Shown piece after piece: positions 61,286-64,000 of a stretch of DNA of 64,000 bases (positions are counted from its first letter, which is position 1; every line of letters begins with the position of its first letter). The DNA is from an uncultured Nitrososphaerales archaeon. Lineage in GTDB: Archaea > Thermoproteota > Nitrososphaeria > Nitrososphaerales > Nitrososphaeraceae. Where the stretch lies: the NCBI GenBank assembly GCA_963709405.1, contig CAVPXM010000036.1, forward strand, positions 47,921-111,920, read 5' to 3'. A program made the position numbers and the translations under genes. A model generated the notes under the pieces. It had not been told where the DNA came from. It saw only the letters and a program-made list of their open reading frames with translations, and made no database searches.

Positions 61286-61456
61286 TTATGTAGTACTACT
61301 GTTCATATCTGGTTCAACGATAGTTTTAGGCAGAGACATAGTATTTTTCTTTAATTTGATTAATTCACTGATAAGTTGGTCATAAGTTTGCCCCTTAGAT
61401 CCTATATCTCGCAGGTCATTTCTGGTTTTCCGTTTTAGAATTATGGTTGTGTTCAT
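61286..61456 (-). CDS. small RHH-like DNA-binding protein
   Basis: MNTTIILKRKTRNDLRDIGSKGQTYDQLISELI (beta-helix-helix pattern). Confidence 0.7.
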   Translation of the reverse strand: MNTTIILKRKTRNDLRDIGSKGQTYDQLISELIKLKKNTMSLPKTIVEPDMNSSTT

Positions 61457-61498
61457 ACGTATTGCTATACGTAAATATAGTCGATATAGATTCCCGCA

Positions 61499-61537
61499 TA
61501 TACATATTATATACATAATTATACATGAAATATACAT
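61499..61537. promoter_or_regulatory. four phased TATACAT boxes in the divergent promoter region
   Basis: Starts at 61499, 61510, 61520 and 61531. Confidence 0.55.
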
Positions 61538-62459
61538 GGCAAAAATAGTTGTAGACAAGAATGAATTACAAATAATAAGAGATAAGATAACCTCTCTACT
61601 GCAAACTGGAAACAAAAACTTTACAATTCCAACATTAGAACCAATTTATGAAAGTTATGATCTAAATGAAAAAGAGCGACTTGTTGTGGACTATTTGAAT
61701 AAGAATCCAGGTCAGTCTAAGGAGCAAGTAATATCTGGTTGTGGAAGATATTCAAGGATGCCCATTTTCAAAACTATAGATGGATTATTAGCAATGGGAT
61801 TTGTAATAAAAAGAGAAGATAAAATTAAGCGGAGAACTTATCAGTTATTTGTTAATAATCAGGACGTAGCAATTTCATTTGAAAAAGATCTCCAAGTCTT
61901 CAAGCATTTCTATACTTTCCTATTAGATTTTATATCTCAGGATTTAATAAAATTATCAAATAATAAAAGCGGCAAGTCCAAACTTGATAATCTAATTAAA
62001 GCAATCATAGAACCGTACAAGTATTTGTATATAATGTATATTACATCGGATTTATTGCTATGGAATAGACGACCCCTTGATGATGATACACTACATAGAA
62101 AATTTTCAGTATTTTTCAAGATTATGAAAGAAATACAAGTCGAGCTAATCAAGCTATTTCCTGCCAACAAATCTAACCAAATCGCAAATCAACTTTTATC
62201 TAACAGTTCATATGGATTTTCTAAACTGCACATACTACATATACTGAAAACATTTCAAGAATATGGATTAAGTGACTATGCAGAGCCTCTTGTAGATGCG
62301 CTTTGGAAATTGAGTTATCCTATCTTACCTTTGATATATCCATCACATTATGAAAAATATTTTAGAGACGGAACGTTAAAAGACTGGAGAAAGCTAGTCG
62401 AAGATAAACCAGAACCAAAATACAAACCCAGGACCAAAATGTTACCTTTTGATAAATAG
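61536..62459 (+). CDS. winged-HTH transcriptional regulator with helical C-terminal domain
   Basis: LNEKERLVVDYLNKNPG.SKEQV..SRMPIFKTIDGLLAMGFVIK wHTH; ATG at 61536. Confidence 0.7.
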   Translation: MAKIVVDKNELQIIRDKITSLLQTGNKNFTIPTLEPIYESYDLNEKERLVVDYLNKNPGQSKEQVISGCGRYSRMPIFKTIDGLLAMGFVIKREDKIKRRTYQLFVNNQDVAISFEKDLQVFKHFYTFLLDFISQDLIKLSNNKSGKSKLDNLIKAIIEPYKYLYIMYITSDLLLWNRRPLDDDTLHRKFSVFFKIMKEIQVELIKLFPANKSNQIANQLLSNSSYGFSKLHILHILKTFQEYGLSDYAEPLVDALWKLSYPILPLIYPSHYEKYFRDGTLKDWRKLVEDKPEPKYKPRTKMLPFDK

Positions 62460-62477
62460 CTTGCTTATGTATTACAA

Positions 62478-63934
62478 TTATTTATTATTATGTTCAATAA
62501 CTCGCTTAGTTGAGAGCACTTCTGGCTTTATATTAGTTAGTTGAGGATATTGCTGCATCATTGATATTATTTGAGTGAATTGCTGATTCATTTCTTCACG
62601 CATGGATTTCATATTTTTTTCATACTCTTCTTTCAGTTTCTGAACTTCTGTCTCTTTTTCGTGCTCCCTATCTAATGTTTCATTATACGCATCGTATGTG
62701 AGGACCATTCTACATTTAGCACAGAATTTGCCATCTGGTTTGTTAGGCTCATTGCAATTAGGACATTGTTTTGGTCTTAATGCATCTGATAGTTTTTGAT
62801 CTTTGGTAACTATGCCATAGGCTTCCAAAATACTTTCATTTGATTCGTTTCCATAATAATGCAGATATTTCAAGTGCATCTGAGACCTACCAGACCAACC
62901 TGCGTGTTGTCTTAGTATATGTTCTTTTAAAAATTTAGATTTTTGTGTCAAGGCAGAATGTCTTCTTATGTACGGGTTCCATGGCTTCCTTAACAGCTCT
63001 TTTATCTTACCCTTGTCTTCGGATGATACAGAGGGATTTTCCAGAGCTTTGGAAAGTATTCCTCTTTGTATTTGTCATATATTTTATAAATAGTTGCAAC
63101 CTGTATTCTCTTACCAAGACTCCTCCCATTTCCGCAGATGAGTATTGAGTTTGGATTTCCACTCTGGGGATGCTCATGATCAAGGTAATCCTTAAGGTAA
63201 GGAATAGAATTTATCAGAGGTATGTGTCTAGTACCAGTTTTTCCATTGACAAGAACTTCAGCATATTGACAATTGCCTGCAGTTTTGAATACAATATCTT
63301 TTATTCTTAATTTCAATATTTCATGTGGTCTGCAACTAGTATCGCGTGAAATAGCATGGTAGCATTTCATACGCTTGCTAGGACAGTACCTTAAGAATAA
63401 AACATCGTCTTCTTCAGTCCATAAATCGGTAGGCTTGTAGATTGATTGTTCCTTTCTTTTCAGCATTGATATATTCTCGATAACTTCTGGCTTTGGTCTC
63501 TTGTATGGTTCAATATCAGAATAGTATAGCCATTTGAAAAACCTGGTAAGATAAATTCTGTATATATTATATGTACCAATCCATTTATGCAATGGATCTA
63601 CATTTTCAGGCTTGCGAAAACTATCAAGAAAGGCTAGGATCTCATCTCTGGTTAGTTGTCTAAATGATTTATGGTTACAGAAAATAGAAAAATTGGTCAG
63701 TTCATGGATAATATCCAGTCTATAATGATCAGATAGATTTACTTCTGTTCTCATGGATGCAATATAATTTGCTATTGTCCAAGCATTTTCCTTCGATATT
63801 TTGTAAAGCAATTTACGAAAATATGGGATTAATCCTGATGTAACATCATCTATTTTTCTTTCAAATAATATGGCGTTGTAAGTAGGCTCAGTACATGATG
63901 TCAGATTGAATACAGGATTAGTAAGGCGTTTCAT
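62478..63934 (-). CDS. tyrosine recombinase/integrase with C-terminal Zn ribbon and coiled coil, frameshift at about 63045
   Basis: DTSCRPHEIL (R), GKTG (K), PYIRRHSA, HAGWS..KYLHY (Y), CPNC..CAKC. Confidence 0.88.
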
Positions 63935-64000
63935 TTTCTAAGTATCGTCATAACATCTATAAAATCAAACTTATAAGCATGTATTATATATACTCTAACT

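Larger units (their letters stand above)
58950..64000. mobile_element. cryptic integrated mobile element (may extend left to about 57100 and beyond the right window edge)
   Basis: Integrase + divergent regulators + translationally coupled small-gene operon; att sites not found. Confidence 0.65.

Noticed and set aside
61443-61615. Overlapping N-terminal extensions of the RHH and wHTH ORFs
   Set aside because: Low-complexity translation of the intergenic operator region; true starts are likely 61456 and 61536

Overview
AT-rich (roughly 35% GC by eye), low-coding-density archaeal DNA, most consistent with a soil thaumarchaeote (Nitrososphaeraceae). This is inferred from gene families such as the DUF6659-like domain, the integrase with C-terminal Zn-ribbon, the PH+SHOCT protein and small CxxC proteins. 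The window is a mosaic of a few intact genes (DUF6293/CARF-like regulator, pdaD, CHAD, two phasin-like paralogs, PH-SHOCT, ferritin-like), many truncated gene fragments joined at sharp junctions, and at least eight IS copies (IS5, IS630, IS6, IS1595) plus two MITE-like inserts. Two larger units stand out. One is a GC-richer, bacterial-looking acyl-CoA catabolic operon (45.3-51.2 kb) containing a YWTD-type beta-propeller and led by a ferritin-like gene. The other is a cryptic integrated element at the right end (about 57-64 kb) with a tyrosine integrase, a divergent wHTH/RHH regulator pair separated by four helically phased TATACAT boxes, and a putative replication gene. Many full-length genes carry single +1 indels that may be sequencing errors. 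I saw no rRNA, tRNA or CRISPR array. All family assignments come from motif recognition, not database searches.
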